Below are positions 21,411 through 31,016 of a stretch of DNA of 64,000 bases, in pieces (the first letter of the stretch is position 1; each line of letters begins with the position of its first letter). The stretch is from Deltaproteobacteria bacterium (lineage in GTDB: Bacteria; Myxococcota_A; Polyangia; Haliangiales; Haliangiaceae), in NCBI GenBank assembly GCA_005887925.1, contig VBLP01000125.1, positions 9,777-73,776 of the forward strand, given 5' to 3'. A model generated the notes under the pieces. The model had not been told where the DNA came from, did no database searches, and was given only the letters and a program-made list of their open reading frames with translations. The position numbers and the translations under genes were made by a program.

Positions 21411-23297
21411 ATGTCAGCCATCTGCGGAGTGATTGGGAATTACGCTCGGCGTCCGACGGCGGAGGCCGAGCTGTCCGCCATGCTCGACGCGCTGGCGCCG
21501 CGCGGCCCCGACGGTGCGACCACGTGGCATGCGCCCGATGGCGCCGCCCGCTTCGGGTTCCGCTGGCTGCGCACGCGGCCCGACGAGCACAACCCCGGGA
21601 TCGCGGTGTCCGGCGACGGCAACCTCGCGATGGCCTGCGACGGCCACGTGTTCGGCGACGACGGCACGCAGAGCGTGGCGCCGCTGCTCGAGCGGTTCGC
21701 GGCGCGCGGCCCCGAGGGCTGGCGCGGCCTCGACGCCCAGTTCGGGCTCGCGATCTGGGATCGCCGCCGCGGCCGGCTGACCCTGGCGCGCGACCCGCTC
21801 GGCGTGCGCTTCGTCTACTACTGGAGCTCGAGCGATGGCGCGATCTTCGCGTCCGAGATCAAGGCGCTGCTCCGCCACCCGGCGGTGACCCGCGGCCACG
21901 ACGAGATCGCGCTCGTCCACTACCTGGTGTTCCTCACCACGCCGGGACCGCGCACGCTGTTCGCCGGGATCCGCCGCGTGCCGGCCGGCGGCGCCGTCGA
22001 GCTCGGCCCGAGCCAGGGCGCCGGTGAGGCCACCGAGCAGCGCTGGTGGGACCTGCTCGACAACGCGGTCGACGAGCGCGACGACGAGAAGTACTACGTC
22101 AACCGGACCCGCGAGCTGCATCAAGCGGCGGTGCGCCGCCGCACCGTCGCCGGGCCGATCGGCGCGCTCCTGTCGGGCGGCAACGACTCGAGCTCCAACG
22201 TGGTGCTGCTGTCGCGCCAGGGCGCCAGCCCGCTGCACACCTTCACCGTCGGGCTCGCCGACTTCGAGGGCGACTCCAAGTACAACGACCTGCACTACGC
22301 GCGGCAGGTCGCCGAGTACGCCAAGAGCCAGCACCACGAGTCGCTGCTGTCGACCGACGAGTTCCTGAACATCATCCCGCAGACCGTCGAGGCGCAGGAC
22401 GACCTGGTGTCCGAGCCGTCGAGCGTGTTCCTGTTCCACGCCCTGCGCATGGCCAAGGATCAGGGGCTCAAGGTCGTCGTCACCGGCGAGGCCAACGACG
22501 AGCTGTGCTGCGGCCACGGCGGCATGGTCGCGATCCGCGACGGCTACAAGGCGCGCTGGCAGCCCCTGATGCGGCTGCCCCGCCCGGTGCGCGGCGCCGC
22601 GGCCGCCCTGGCGCCGCTGGTGACGCCCGGCCGCAGCGACGTCCTGCGGCGCGCCGCCGACGACGGCGAGTACTTCTGGAGCTACGAGGTGGCGTGGGCG
22701 CAGAGCCTCTTGCCCTCCGTCATCTCGCCCGAGCTGTGGGCGCGCTGCCAGGCCGAGCTGCCCGAGACGATCGTCGCGCGCAACCGGCGCCGGTTCGACG
22801 CCAGCGGGCACGCCAAGCGCGACTACCTCGACTACATGATCTACGCGATGATGATGGACAACTACTTCGGGAACCTGATGCTCTCGAAGCTGGACCTGCT
22901 GTGCTCGCGCCTGGGCCTCGAGCCGCGCTGTCCGTTCACCGAGCCGGCGTACGCCCACTGGGTCTACAACGTCCCGGCGGCGTTCAAGTCGCGCGACGGC
23001 TGGGTCAAGTACTTCTTCAAGAAGTCGATCGAGGGCGTCTTGCCGCACGACATCATCTACCGGCCCAAGCAGGGCTTCCGCACGCCTGCCCAGGAGCTGT
23101 TCGCAGGGCGGCTGGGCACGTGGGCGCGGCCGGTGCTGCTCGAGACCGGGTTCACCCGGCTGGGCCTGCTCCGCCGCGACACCCTGGCGGCCCTGCTCGA
23201 TGCCCACCAGCGCCGCGAGCGCGACCACAGCACCAAGCTGTGGACGGCGATGGTGTTGAACCTCTGGCACACCCGGTACATCGAATCCAAGGCGTAG
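21411..23297 (+). CDS. Asparagine synthetase family amidotransferase (second copy, atypical N-terminus)
   Basis: Starts MSAICGVIGNY, so the Cys is at position 5, not 2. The PP-loop is GALLSGGNDSS. The start is 4 nt after the GT4 stop. Confidence 0.82.
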   Translation: MSAICGVIGNYARRPTAEAELSAMLDALAPRGPDGATTWHAPDGAARFGFRWLRTRPDEHNPGIAVSGDGNLAMACDGHVFGDDGTQSVAPLLERFAARGPEGWRGLDAQFGLAIWDRRRGRLTLARDPLGVRFVYYWSSSDGAIFASEIKALLRHPAVTRGHDEIALVHYLVFLTTPGPRTLFAGIRRVPAGGAVELGPSQGAGEATEQRWWDLLDNAVDERDDEKYYVNRTRELHQAAVRRRTVAGPIGALLSGGNDSSSNVVLLSRQGASPLHTFTVGLADFEGDSKYNDLHYARQVAEYAKSQHHESLLSTDEFLNIIPQTVEAQDDLVSEPSSVFLFHALRMAKDQGLKVVVTGEANDELCCGHGGMVAIRDGYKARWQPLMRLPRPVRGAAAALAPLVTPGRSDVLRRAADDGEYFWSYEVAWAQSLLPSVISPELWARCQAELPETIVARNRRRFDASGHAKRDYLDYMIYAMMMDNYFGNLMLSKLDLLCSRLGLEPRCPFTEPAYAHWVYNVPAAFKSRDGWVKYFFKKSIEGVLPHDIIYRPKQGFRTPAQELFAGRLGTWARPVLLETGFTRLGLLRRDTLAALLDAHQRRERDHSTKLWTAMVLNLWHTRYIESKA

Positions 23298-23299
23298 CC

Positions 23300-24901
23300 A
23301 TGCCGACCCCGACCGCCCCGAGCGCCACGATCGCCACGATCGCCGCCTGCCTCGCCTGCCTCCTCGTCTGCCTGGCGGTCGGCGCCGCGCCGGGCTGCGT
23401 GATCTACCTGAACCCGCAGTGCAACGACCAGATCAAGAACGGCGACGAGACCGGGCTCGATTGCGGCGGCACCTGCGGCCACTGCGACTTCGGCCAGGGC
23501 TGCCGGGTCGACAACGACTGCGACGGCAACAACTGCGTCAGCGGCACCTGCCAGCCGCCGCCGTGCGAGAACAAGGTGCGCGATGACGCCGAGACCGACG
23601 TCGACTGCGGCGGCGGCACCTGCCGCAGGTGCTCCGGCGGCCGGCACTGCGAGGCCGACTCCGACTGTTTCGGCACCTGTGTGCCGGGCCTCAAGGTGTG
23701 CTCGTCGATCACGGTGTCGTTCGCCGACGAGGTCCGCTTCCAGTCCGGGTTCAAGGCCTACGCGATGTTCTCCGGCGACCTCGACGGCGACGGCGACCCC
23801 GACATCGCGGTCGCCAACGAGTACGGCAGCTCGATCTCGGTGTTCCTCAACGACTACGACCACGCCGCCGCGTTCCGCCACCTCGAGAATCCGACCGGCA
23901 TGGCACCGGATGACTCGGTGTTCGCGAAGAACTTCCCGACCGGGCTGTACCCGACCGGCGGCGCGCTCGGCGACTTCGACGGCGACGGCCACCTCGACGT
24001 GGTCACCGCCAACTACCACGGCAACTCGGTCAGCATCCTGTTCAACACCGGCACCGGGGTGCTCACTGCCCGGCCGACCGTCACCTACACCACGCTGACC
24101 TGCCGCGGCGATCCGACCAAGCTCGAGGGTTGCGCCGAGACGTCGAACCTCGCGGTCGGCGACCTCAACAACGACGGCGCGCTCGACGTGATCGCCAGCA
24201 ACCCCCAGCGCTCCTCGATCAGCGAGTTCCTCGGCCATCCCGGCGCCAGCGGCAAGGGCGACGGCACGCTCGACCCCGCGATCGACGTGCCGGTCGGCAT
24301 CACCGGCGGTTCGAACCCGTACTCGGTGGCGATCGGCGACTTCAACAAGGACGGCAACAACGACGTCGCGATCGGCGACGACCTCACCGGCAGCATCATC
24401 GTGCGGCTGGGCAACGGCAACGGCACGTTCCAGCCCGAGGTCGCCTACGAGATCCGCGGCACCAGGGACTACATCATCATCGCGCGCGACATCAACCTCG
24501 ACGGCAACCTCGACCTCCTGTGCGCCAACCGCGGCAGCGACAGCGTCAGCGTGCTGCTCGGTCGCGGCGACGGCACGTTCCGCAAGGCGCTCGTCGCGTC
24601 GGTCCGGCCCGCCGATGCGCCCAAGGCCAAGATGTTCTCGCCGTACTCGATCGCGGTCGCCGACTTCAACAAGGACGGCGTCCCCGACGTGGTCACCCCC
24701 AACTTCATGGCGGACAGCGCGACGATCCTGATCGGGATCGGCGACGGCACCTTCGAGCCGCCGATCGAGATGCCGTTCAAGATGCCGACGACGCCGTACG
24801 GCGTGACGACCGGCGACTTCAACAAGGACGGCAAGGTCGACTTCGCCACCGCCAACGCCGGCTCCAACGATCTGCTGGTCAAGCTCAACAACGGCCACTG
24901 A
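23300..24901 (+). CDS. FG-GAP/VCBS-repeat (integrin-alpha-like propeller) protein with N-terminal Cys-rich modules
   Basis: ORF 22046..24901 trimmed to ATG 23300 (MPTPTAPSATIATIAACLACLLVCLAV). Cys-rich repeats include CNDQIKNGDETGLDCGGTCGHC and CENKVRDDAETDVDCGGGTCRRC. Seven D-x-D/N-x-D-G loops are present (DLDGDGDPDIAVAN, DFDGDGHLDVVTAN, ... DFNKDGKVDFATAN). Confidence 0.85.
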   Translation: MPTPTAPSATIATIAACLACLLVCLAVGAAPGCVIYLNPQCNDQIKNGDETGLDCGGTCGHCDFGQGCRVDNDCDGNNCVSGTCQPPPCENKVRDDAETDVDCGGGTCRRCSGGRHCEADSDCFGTCVPGLKVCSSITVSFADEVRFQSGFKAYAMFSGDLDGDGDPDIAVANEYGSSISVFLNDYDHAAAFRHLENPTGMAPDDSVFAKNFPTGLYPTGGALGDFDGDGHLDVVTANYHGNSVSILFNTGTGVLTARPTVTYTTLTCRGDPTKLEGCAETSNLAVGDLNNDGALDVIASNPQRSSISEFLGHPGASGKGDGTLDPAIDVPVGITGGSNPYSVAIGDFNKDGNNDVAIGDDLTGSIIVRLGNGNGTFQPEVAYEIRGTRDYIIIARDINLDGNLDLLCANRGSDSVSVLLGRGDGTFRKALVASVRPADAPKAKMFSPYSIAVADFNKDGVPDVVTPNFMADSATILIGIGDGTFEPPIEMPFKMPTTPYGVTTGDFNKDGKVDFATANAGSNDLLVKLNNGH

Positions 24902-25399
24902 GAGCCTGGGCACGATTCGGCGCGCCAGGATCGTGGGCTGAAGACGGAGCCGCCGATGGCCCTGGAAGGCTCGGGATGGCGACCGGGAGCCTGCCAGGAG
25001 CGCGAGATCCGTGCGCCGCGCCGCGCCCGGTCACAGGCCACCCTGCGATCTCCCGAGGTCATGGCGCGGTGCGAGGAGCGACACGAGTGGCGCGGGCCGG
25101 GCCGCGTCTCGAGCGTTCGGAGGTTGAACACGGCCTCGCATAACGTCCCAGCTGGAACGTGATGCCGCCGAATCGAGTCAATCCGCGCAAGTCACCGAGC
25201 AGAGCGTGGGCAAGGCGGTCCCATCACGTCGCGCCCGACCTGGTTTTGCCGCCGGCCCAGACCTGGCTGTTGCGCGCGGGCTGGAAGCGAGCGGGGCCAT
25301 GAGCCGCGAGCGGCCGGCGCCCCGCACGGGGTCAGCGACCAGCCCCCGTTGTGGGCCGGTGCCGCGGACGAACCCGCCGGGTCGGCCGGGCCGAGTTGC

Positions 25400-25996
25400 C
25401 CGGTGCAGCCGGAGCGCGACGTGCGGGTCAAGCGCGCGCAGCGCGGCCAGATCACCTGAGGGCGGGTCGACGTCGACGCCGAGGTGCCCGCCGATCACGA
25501 GGTGCGTGCGATCGCCGCCGTCGTCGACAAGCTCGATCTGCGCGGGCGCTACGCCGACGTCCGCGCCCGCGGCGAGATCGCCGGCGCACCAGACACCGAC
25601 CCCAAGATCCTCCTGGGGCTCTGGGTCTATGCCACCAGTGACGGCGTCGGCTCGGGTCGCGAGATCGCGCGGCTCGTCGAGGTCCACGCCGCCTACCGCT
25701 GGCTGTGCGGCGGCGTCGCCGTCGCCTATCACCGCCTCGACGACTTCCGCAGCGACCACCGTGACGTCTTCAGCGAGCTCGTGACCCAGGTCCTGGCGCG
25801 GCTCATGAAACACGACCTCATCGATCTCCATCGCGTCGCCCAGGACGGCACCCGCATCCGCGCCTCCGCCGGCGCCGCGTCGTTTCGAAGCGGGAGACCC
25901 TCGAGCGGCTCATGCTCTCCGCCCGCGCCCACCTCCTGCGCTTCCACCGCCTGCTTGCGGTCCCGTCCGGCGCGGCGAACCGTGCCCAGGCTCTGA
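25400..25996 (+). mobile_element. Remnant of an IS5/IS1182-group transposase gene (N-terminal DUF772-like part only, with an in-frame stop)
   Basis: In the frame of ORF 25484..25996: PVQPERDVRVKRAQRGQIT*GRVDVDAEVPADHEVRAIAAVVDKLDL...DPKILLGLWVYATSDGVGSGREIARLVEVHAAYRWLCGGVAVAYHRLDDFRSDH...HRVAQDGTRIRASAGAASFR. There is a TGA at 25457. No DDE catalytic part follows; the wzx 3' end is at 26009. Confidence 0.65.
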
Positions 25997-26008
25997 GCCC
26001 GACCCGCG

Positions 26009-27514
26009 TCAGCGCCGCGCCATGCTCGCGCGCACCATGCCGAGCACCTCGACGGCCAGGTCGCGGAACACCACGAGCGCGCCGAGGCCGTAGATCGCGG
26101 CGCCGATCGCGATCTCGACCAGCAGCCGCAGCCGCGGCGACAGGCCCGCAAGCTCCGGCCGGATCGCGAGGATCGCGGCGACCATGGCGATGCACACCGC
26201 GAGCGGCCGGATCAGCGGCACGAGGAAGCGCCGCAGCGGCACGCCGTCGAGCCGCTTGACCACCCAGAGGTAGGCCAGGGTCCGCAGGACGAACACGGCG
26301 CCGACCGCGCCGCACGTCCACAGGATCGCGCTGGCCCCGAGCGCGGTGGTCCCGGCCATCCCCGCGCCGATCGCGACGATCGCGGCGACCAGCGCGCCGA
26401 GGCTCAGCCACTCGAGCCAGACCACGATGCGGATGCGCTGGGCGGCGTAGAGGTACGAGCCGACGATCTGCGCCGTCGGCCGCGGCGCCGACAGGATCGA
26501 CAGGAACATCAGCATCGGGCCGATGCCGGCCCACTTGCGATCGAAGAACGCCTGGCCCACCGTCTCGGACACCGCGCCCAGGCCGAACGCGAGCGGGAAC
26601 ATGATCAGCGCGGTCGTCGTGCACGCGCGGACCAGCGCGGTCTGGCGCTTGGCGCCCTCGGCGTGGGGGAACGCGGCGGCGACCACGTCGCTCAGCTGCT
26701 CGCCGATCGCGACCGCAGGGGTGTCGGCGAGGTTGTAGGCGTAGTTGTAGGTGCCCATCGTCGCGGTCCCGAAGTAGCGGCTGACCAGGAGGTTGTCGGC
26801 GCGGCGCATCAGGAACGCGGCGATCGAGGCCACCGAGATGCCGGCCCCGGCGCGGATGATCGGCCGGAGCAGGCGCATCTCCAGCCGGTGCGGCTCGAGC
26901 CACTCGCGCCAGTGCACCGCGGGCACGATCGCGACGAAGCGCAGCACCGAGCGGGCGAGGTTGGCCCAGGCGATCGCCATCGCGCCGGCGCCGAGCACCG
27001 CGAGCAGGAGCGACAGGGCCGTGTAGGTCAGCTCGCCCAGCGCGCGCGACAGCGACGTCCAGCGAAACCGGAGCCTTCTGATCAGCATGCGCTCGGGGAA
27101 GAACAGGATGCGATCGAGCACCGCGGCGAGCACGAAGAACGGCATGTAGCGCGCCATGTGCGGCGCCTGCAGCCAGTCGCCGATCGGCCCCGCGAGCGCC
27201 CACACCAGACCCAGCGCCGCGACACCCGTGGCGACGAACCAGCAGGTGGCGTGGAACACCTGGGCGCGGCTGAGCTCGCGGTTGGACAAGAGGTAGGTCC
27301 CGACGCCGAGCGAGGTCACGCCGAACGCGGTCAGCGTCACGATCTGCGCGTTGGTCACCTCGCCGTAGTCGTCGGGCCGGAGGTAGCGCAAGAGCAGCAG
27401 GCTGCCGATCAGGCCGATCACGCGCGATCCCAGGCTGGTCGACAGCGTCCAGGCGGCGCCGCGGATGGTCCGCGCGGTCAGGCTCGACGGGCCAGCGGTC
27501 GACGACTCGGTCAT
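26009..27514 (-). CDS. wzx: Polysaccharide/oligosaccharide flippase (Wzx-like, MOP superfamily)
   Basis: 501 aa, hydrophobic throughout with about 12-14 predicted helices. The N-terminal GAAWTLSTSLGSRVIGLIGSLLLLRYLRPDDYG is typical of Wzx/RfbX-type flippases. Confidence 0.75.
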   Translation of the reverse strand: MTESSTAGPSSLTARTIRGAAWTLSTSLGSRVIGLIGSLLLLRYLRPDDYGEVTNAQIVTLTAFGVTSLGVGTYLLSNRELSRAQVFHATCWFVATGVAALGLVWALAGPIGDWLQAPHMARYMPFFVLAAVLDRILFFPERMLIRRLRFRWTSLSRALGELTYTALSLLLAVLGAGAMAIAWANLARSVLRFVAIVPAVHWREWLEPHRLEMRLLRPIIRAGAGISVASIAAFLMRRADNLLVSRYFGTATMGTYNYAYNLADTPAVAIGEQLSDVVAAAFPHAEGAKRQTALVRACTTTALIMFPLAFGLGAVSETVGQAFFDRKWAGIGPMLMFLSILSAPRPTAQIVGSYLYAAQRIRIVVWLEWLSLGALVAAIVAIGAGMAGTTALGASAILWTCGAVGAVFVLRTLAYLWVVKRLDGVPLRRFLVPLIRPLAVCIAMVAAILAIRPELAGLSPRLRLLVEIAIGAAIYGLGALVVFRDLAVEVLGMVRASMARR

Positions 27515-27654
27515 GACTTCGACCCGCGCGTGTGGCAGCGGCTGCTCACTCTACCACCGTGGCTCCGACGCTGGGCCGCCCGGGGTCGCCCTCACGCGCG
27601 GCAAAATGACGGCGCGGCGGCCGCCGGCGCCGCCTGGAGATATAGTGGGTAGCC

Positions 27655-28965
27655 ATGAAGCTCGCCGTCATCGGCTCGGGATATGTCGGCCTCGTCGCCG
27701 GCGCTGGATTCTCCGACTTCGGTAACCACGTCACCTGCGTCGACATCGACCCGTCGCGGATCGAGCGGCTGCGGCGCGGCGAGATCCCGTTCCACGAGCC
27801 GGGGCTGTCCGAGCTGGTGCAGCGCAACGCCAGGCAGGGCCGGCTCGTCTTCACCACCGACACCGCCGAGGCCGTGCGCGACGCCGAGGTCGTGTTCCTG
27901 GCGGTGGGGACGCCGTCGCGCCCCGACGGCTCGGCCGATCTCAGCTACCTGTTCGAGGCCGCGCGCCAGGTCGGGCGCAGCCTCACCGGGTTCACCGTCG
28001 TGGTCACCAAGAGCACCGTCCCGGTCGGCACCGGCGACGCCGTGCGCGACGCGATCGGCCAGGTCACCTCGCAGCGCTTCACGGTGGCGTCGAACCCGGA
28101 GTTCCTCAAGGAGGGCGACGCGATCAACGACTTCCTCAAGCCGGCGCGCGTGATCCTCGGCTCGGACGACCCGCAGGCGATCGACATCCTGCGCCGGCTC
28201 TACACCGGCTTCCTGCGCACCAGCGACCGGATCCAGGTCATGGACCTGCGCTCGGCCGAGCTCACCAAGTACGCCGCCAACGCGATGCTCGCCACGCGGA
28301 TCTCGTTCATGAACGAGCTCGCCGCGCTCGCCGACAAGGTCGGCGCCGACATCGAGAAGGTCCGCAAGGGCATCGGCAGCGATCCGCGGATCGGCGCCAA
28401 GTTCCTGTTCCCGGGCGTCGGCTTCGGTGGCTCGTGCTTCCCCAAGGACCTGCGCGCGCTGCACGACATGGGCAAGGCGAACGATGTGCGGCTCGGCATC
28501 ATCGAGTGCGCGATCGAGGCCAACACCCGCTCCAAGCAGGCGTTCGCCGCGCGCATGATCGAGCGGCTCGGCGGCTCGCTCGCCGGCAAGCGCATCGCGA
28601 TCTGGGGCCTGGCGTTCAAGCCCGAGACCGACGACATCCGCGAGGCCCCGGCGCTCGACGTGATCGGGCAGCTGCGAAGCAAGGGCGCCGCGATCGTCGG
28701 CTACGACCCGATCGCGGGCGACAACGTCCGCGCCCTGCTCGGCAATTCGATCAGCCTGGTCGACGACCCGTACGGCGCAGCCGACGGCGCCGACGCGATC
28801 GTGCTGATCACCGAGTGGCACCAGCTGCGCCAGCCCGACTTCGCGCGGCTGCGCAAGGCGGTGCGGACGCCGCTCCTGTTCGACGGCCGCAACGTGTGGG
28901 ATCCGGTCGCGGCGCGGCGCGCGGGCTTCGAGTACATCGGCATCGGCCGGCCGTCGGGGGGCTGA
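27655..28965 (+). CDS. ugd: UDP-glucose 6-dehydrogenase
   Basis: MKLAVIGSGYVGLVAGAGFSDFGNHVTCVDID (Rossmann fold). GFGGSCFPKDLRAL carries the catalytic Cys. The length of 436 aa fits. Confidence 0.92.
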   Translation: MKLAVIGSGYVGLVAGAGFSDFGNHVTCVDIDPSRIERLRRGEIPFHEPGLSELVQRNARQGRLVFTTDTAEAVRDAEVVFLAVGTPSRPDGSADLSYLFEAARQVGRSLTGFTVVVTKSTVPVGTGDAVRDAIGQVTSQRFTVASNPEFLKEGDAINDFLKPARVILGSDDPQAIDILRRLYTGFLRTSDRIQVMDLRSAELTKYAANAMLATRISFMNELAALADKVGADIEKVRKGIGSDPRIGAKFLFPGVGFGGSCFPKDLRALHDMGKANDVRLGIIECAIEANTRSKQAFAARMIERLGGSLAGKRIAIWGLAFKPETDDIREAPALDVIGQLRSKGAAIVGYDPIAGDNVRALLGNSISLVDDPYGAADGADAIVLITEWHQLRQPDFARLRKAVRTPLLFDGRNVWDPVAARRAGFEYIGIGRPSGG

Positions 28966-28976
28966 CCCGCCGATCC

Positions 28977-29005
28977 GCAGGAATCGACCCGGCCGGTCGA
29001 CCTGC
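28977..29005 (+). terminator. GC-rich hairpin downstream of ugd (possible terminator, no U-tract)
   Basis: GCAGG-AA-TCGACC / CGGCC loop / GGTCGA-CCTGC. That is 11 bp of pairing with a 2-nt bulge, 12 nt after the ugd stop. Confidence 0.25.
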
Positions 29006-29032
29006 GATGCCGCGGCGTTGTAGCGTCGGGCG

Positions 29033-30994
29033 GTGCGACAGATCGACAAGCTGCTCGTCGCCAACCGCGGTGAGATCGCGCTGCGCGTGATGCGGACCTG
29101 CCGCGCGATGGGGATCGCCACGGTCGCGGTGTACTCGGACGCCGATGCCGACGCGCCGTTCGTCCGGTTCGCGGACGAGGCGGTCCGGATCGGGCCGGCG
29201 CCGGCGCGCGAGTCCTACCTCGTGATCCACGCGATCCTCGACGCGGCGCACCGGACCGGGGCTGCCGCGATCCACCCCGGCTACGGGTTCCTGTCGGAGA
29301 ACGCCCGGTTCGCCGAGGCGGTCGCCGAGGCCGGCCTGGTGTTCATCGGGCCGCCGGCGGCGGTGATCGGCCAGCTCGGCAGCAAGCAGGCGGCCAAGCG
29401 GCTCGCCGCGCGCGCTGGCGTGCCGACCGTGCCGGGCTACCTCGGCGACGATCAGTCGACCGCGGCGCTGGCCGCCGCCGCCGAGGCGATCGGCTACCCG
29501 CTGCTGGTCAAGGCGTCGGCCGGTGGCGGCGGCAAGGGCATGCGGGTCGTCCGGGGCGCGGGCGAGCTCGCCGAGGCGATCGACCGCGCGCGCGGCGAGG
29601 CGGCGTCGGCGTTCGGCGACGACACCCTGCTGCTCGAGAACTACATCGAGCGGCCGCGCCACATCGAGATCCAGATCCTCGGCGACACCTACGGGCGCGT
29701 CGTCCACCTGTGGGAGCGCGAGTGCTCGATCCAGCGCCGCCACCAGAAGGTGATCGAGGAGGCGCCGTCGCCCGCCCTCGACCCCGAGCGCCGCGCGGCG
29801 ATGGGCGCCGCCGCGGTCGAGCTCGGCCGCGCCGCCGGCTACGTCGGGGCGGGCACCGTCGAGTTCATCGTCGATCCCGAGCGCCGGTTCTACTTCCTCG
29901 AGGTCAACACCCGGCTGCAGGTCGAGCACCCGGTCACCGAGCTGACCACCGGCCTCGACCTCGTCCGCGAGCAGATCCGGATCGCGCGCGGCGAGCCGCT
30001 GGGCTACGACGCCGCGCCGCCGCAGCGCGGCTGGGCGATCGAGGTCCGGCTCTGTGCCGAGGACCCCGAGCGCGCGTACCTGCCGACCACCGGCGCGCTG
30101 CTCGCCGTCGACGTGCCCGGCGACGGGGCCGTACGCGCCGACCTCGGCGTCGCCGCCGGCAGCGAGGTCGGCATCCACTACGATTCGATGCTGGGCAAGA
30201 TCATCGCCCACGCGCCGACCCGGCGCGACGCCGCGCAGCTGCTGCGCCGCACCCTCGAGCAGACCTGGGTGCCGGGCCTCATCACCAACCGCGAGCACCT
30301 CGCCCGCATCCTCGCGCACCCCGCGTTCCTCGCCGGCGAGCTCGACACGCACTTCCTCGAGCGCTGCGCGGGCGAGCTCGCCGCCCGGCCGCCGGGCCTG
30401 GACCGGGTCCGGGTCGCTGCGATCGCCGCCACGCTGCACGGCATCGCGGGCCGCCGCGAGCCGGCCGCGCTCGCCCCGCCGGGCTGGCGCAACGTCCGGT
30501 TCGCCGACCAGCAGGTCGTCTACCAGCTCGGCGACGCCGACGTGATCGTCGGCTATCGCCCGGTCGGGGCCGAGGTCGAGCTCGCGATCGGTGGCGTGCC
30601 GACCCGGATCGCGCGGTTCGGCCTCGACGGCGACCGGCTGTGGTTCATCGAGCACGGCGGCCACCGTCGCGCGCTGCGCGTCGCGCGCGCCGGAGCGCGG
30701 ATCTGGGTGCTGTCGGACGGCGAGCTGTTCTCGCTCGTCGAGCAGCCGCAGTTCCTCGAGCCCGGCGCCGACACCGTCGCCGGGGGACTGGTCGCGCCGA
30801 TGCCGGGCAAGGTGGTCCGGATCCTGGTGATACCCGGCCAGGAGGTCGCAGCCCACGCGGCGCTCGTCGTGCTCGAGGCGATGAAGATGGAGCACACCGT
30901 GCGCGCGACCGCCGCCGGCACGGTGCGTGCGATCCACGTCGCGGTCGGCGATCAGGTCGATGGCGACCACGTGCTCGCCGTGGTCACGCCGTAG
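29033..30994 (+). CDS. Acyl-CoA carboxylase alpha subunit (biotin carboxylase + biotinyl carrier domain)
   Basis: GTG start. KLLVANRGEIALRVMRTCRAMGIATVAVYSD marks the biotin carboxylase N-terminus. An ATP-grasp core follows. The C-terminal biotinylation motif is VLEAMKMEHTV. Confidence 0.9.
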   Translation: MRQIDKLLVANRGEIALRVMRTCRAMGIATVAVYSDADADAPFVRFADEAVRIGPAPARESYLVIHAILDAAHRTGAAAIHPGYGFLSENARFAEAVAEAGLVFIGPPAAVIGQLGSKQAAKRLAARAGVPTVPGYLGDDQSTAALAAAAEAIGYPLLVKASAGGGGKGMRVVRGAGELAEAIDRARGEAASAFGDDTLLLENYIERPRHIEIQILGDTYGRVVHLWERECSIQRRHQKVIEEAPSPALDPERRAAMGAAAVELGRAAGYVGAGTVEFIVDPERRFYFLEVNTRLQVEHPVTELTTGLDLVREQIRIARGEPLGYDAAPPQRGWAIEVRLCAEDPERAYLPTTGALLAVDVPGDGAVRADLGVAAGSEVGIHYDSMLGKIIAHAPTRRDAAQLLRRTLEQTWVPGLITNREHLARILAHPAFLAGELDTHFLERCAGELAARPPGLDRVRVAAIAATLHGIAGRREPAALAPPGWRNVRFADQQVVYQLGDADVIVGYRPVGAEVELAIGGVPTRIARFGLDGDRLWFIEHGGHRRALRVARAGARIWVLSDGELFSLVEQPQFLEPGADTVAGGLVAPMPGKVVRILVIPGQEVAAHAALVVLEAMKMEHTVRATAAGTVRAIHVAVGDQVDGDHVLAVVTP

Positions 30995-31016
30995 CTCGCG
31001 GCCGAGATCCGGCAAG

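Noticed and set aside
24902-25290. Small ORFs (for example 24956..25162+ and 25192..25455-) in the gap after the FG-GAP gene.
   Set aside because: They are short and Arg/Pro-rich, with no start context or motif. The region is more likely degraded IS-flanking sequence.
30952-31016. A 43-nt overlap of the ATPase/nuclease ORF (30952..32718) with the convergent carboxylase gene, and its N-terminal extension through the repeat array up to 32718.
   Set aside because: The extension translates the tandem repeats (LARLLLARLLLASLPAG) and the upstream gene's 3' region. The 3' tail is Arg-rich read-through. A GTG start at 32481 and a frame-corrected end at 31017 are more plausible.
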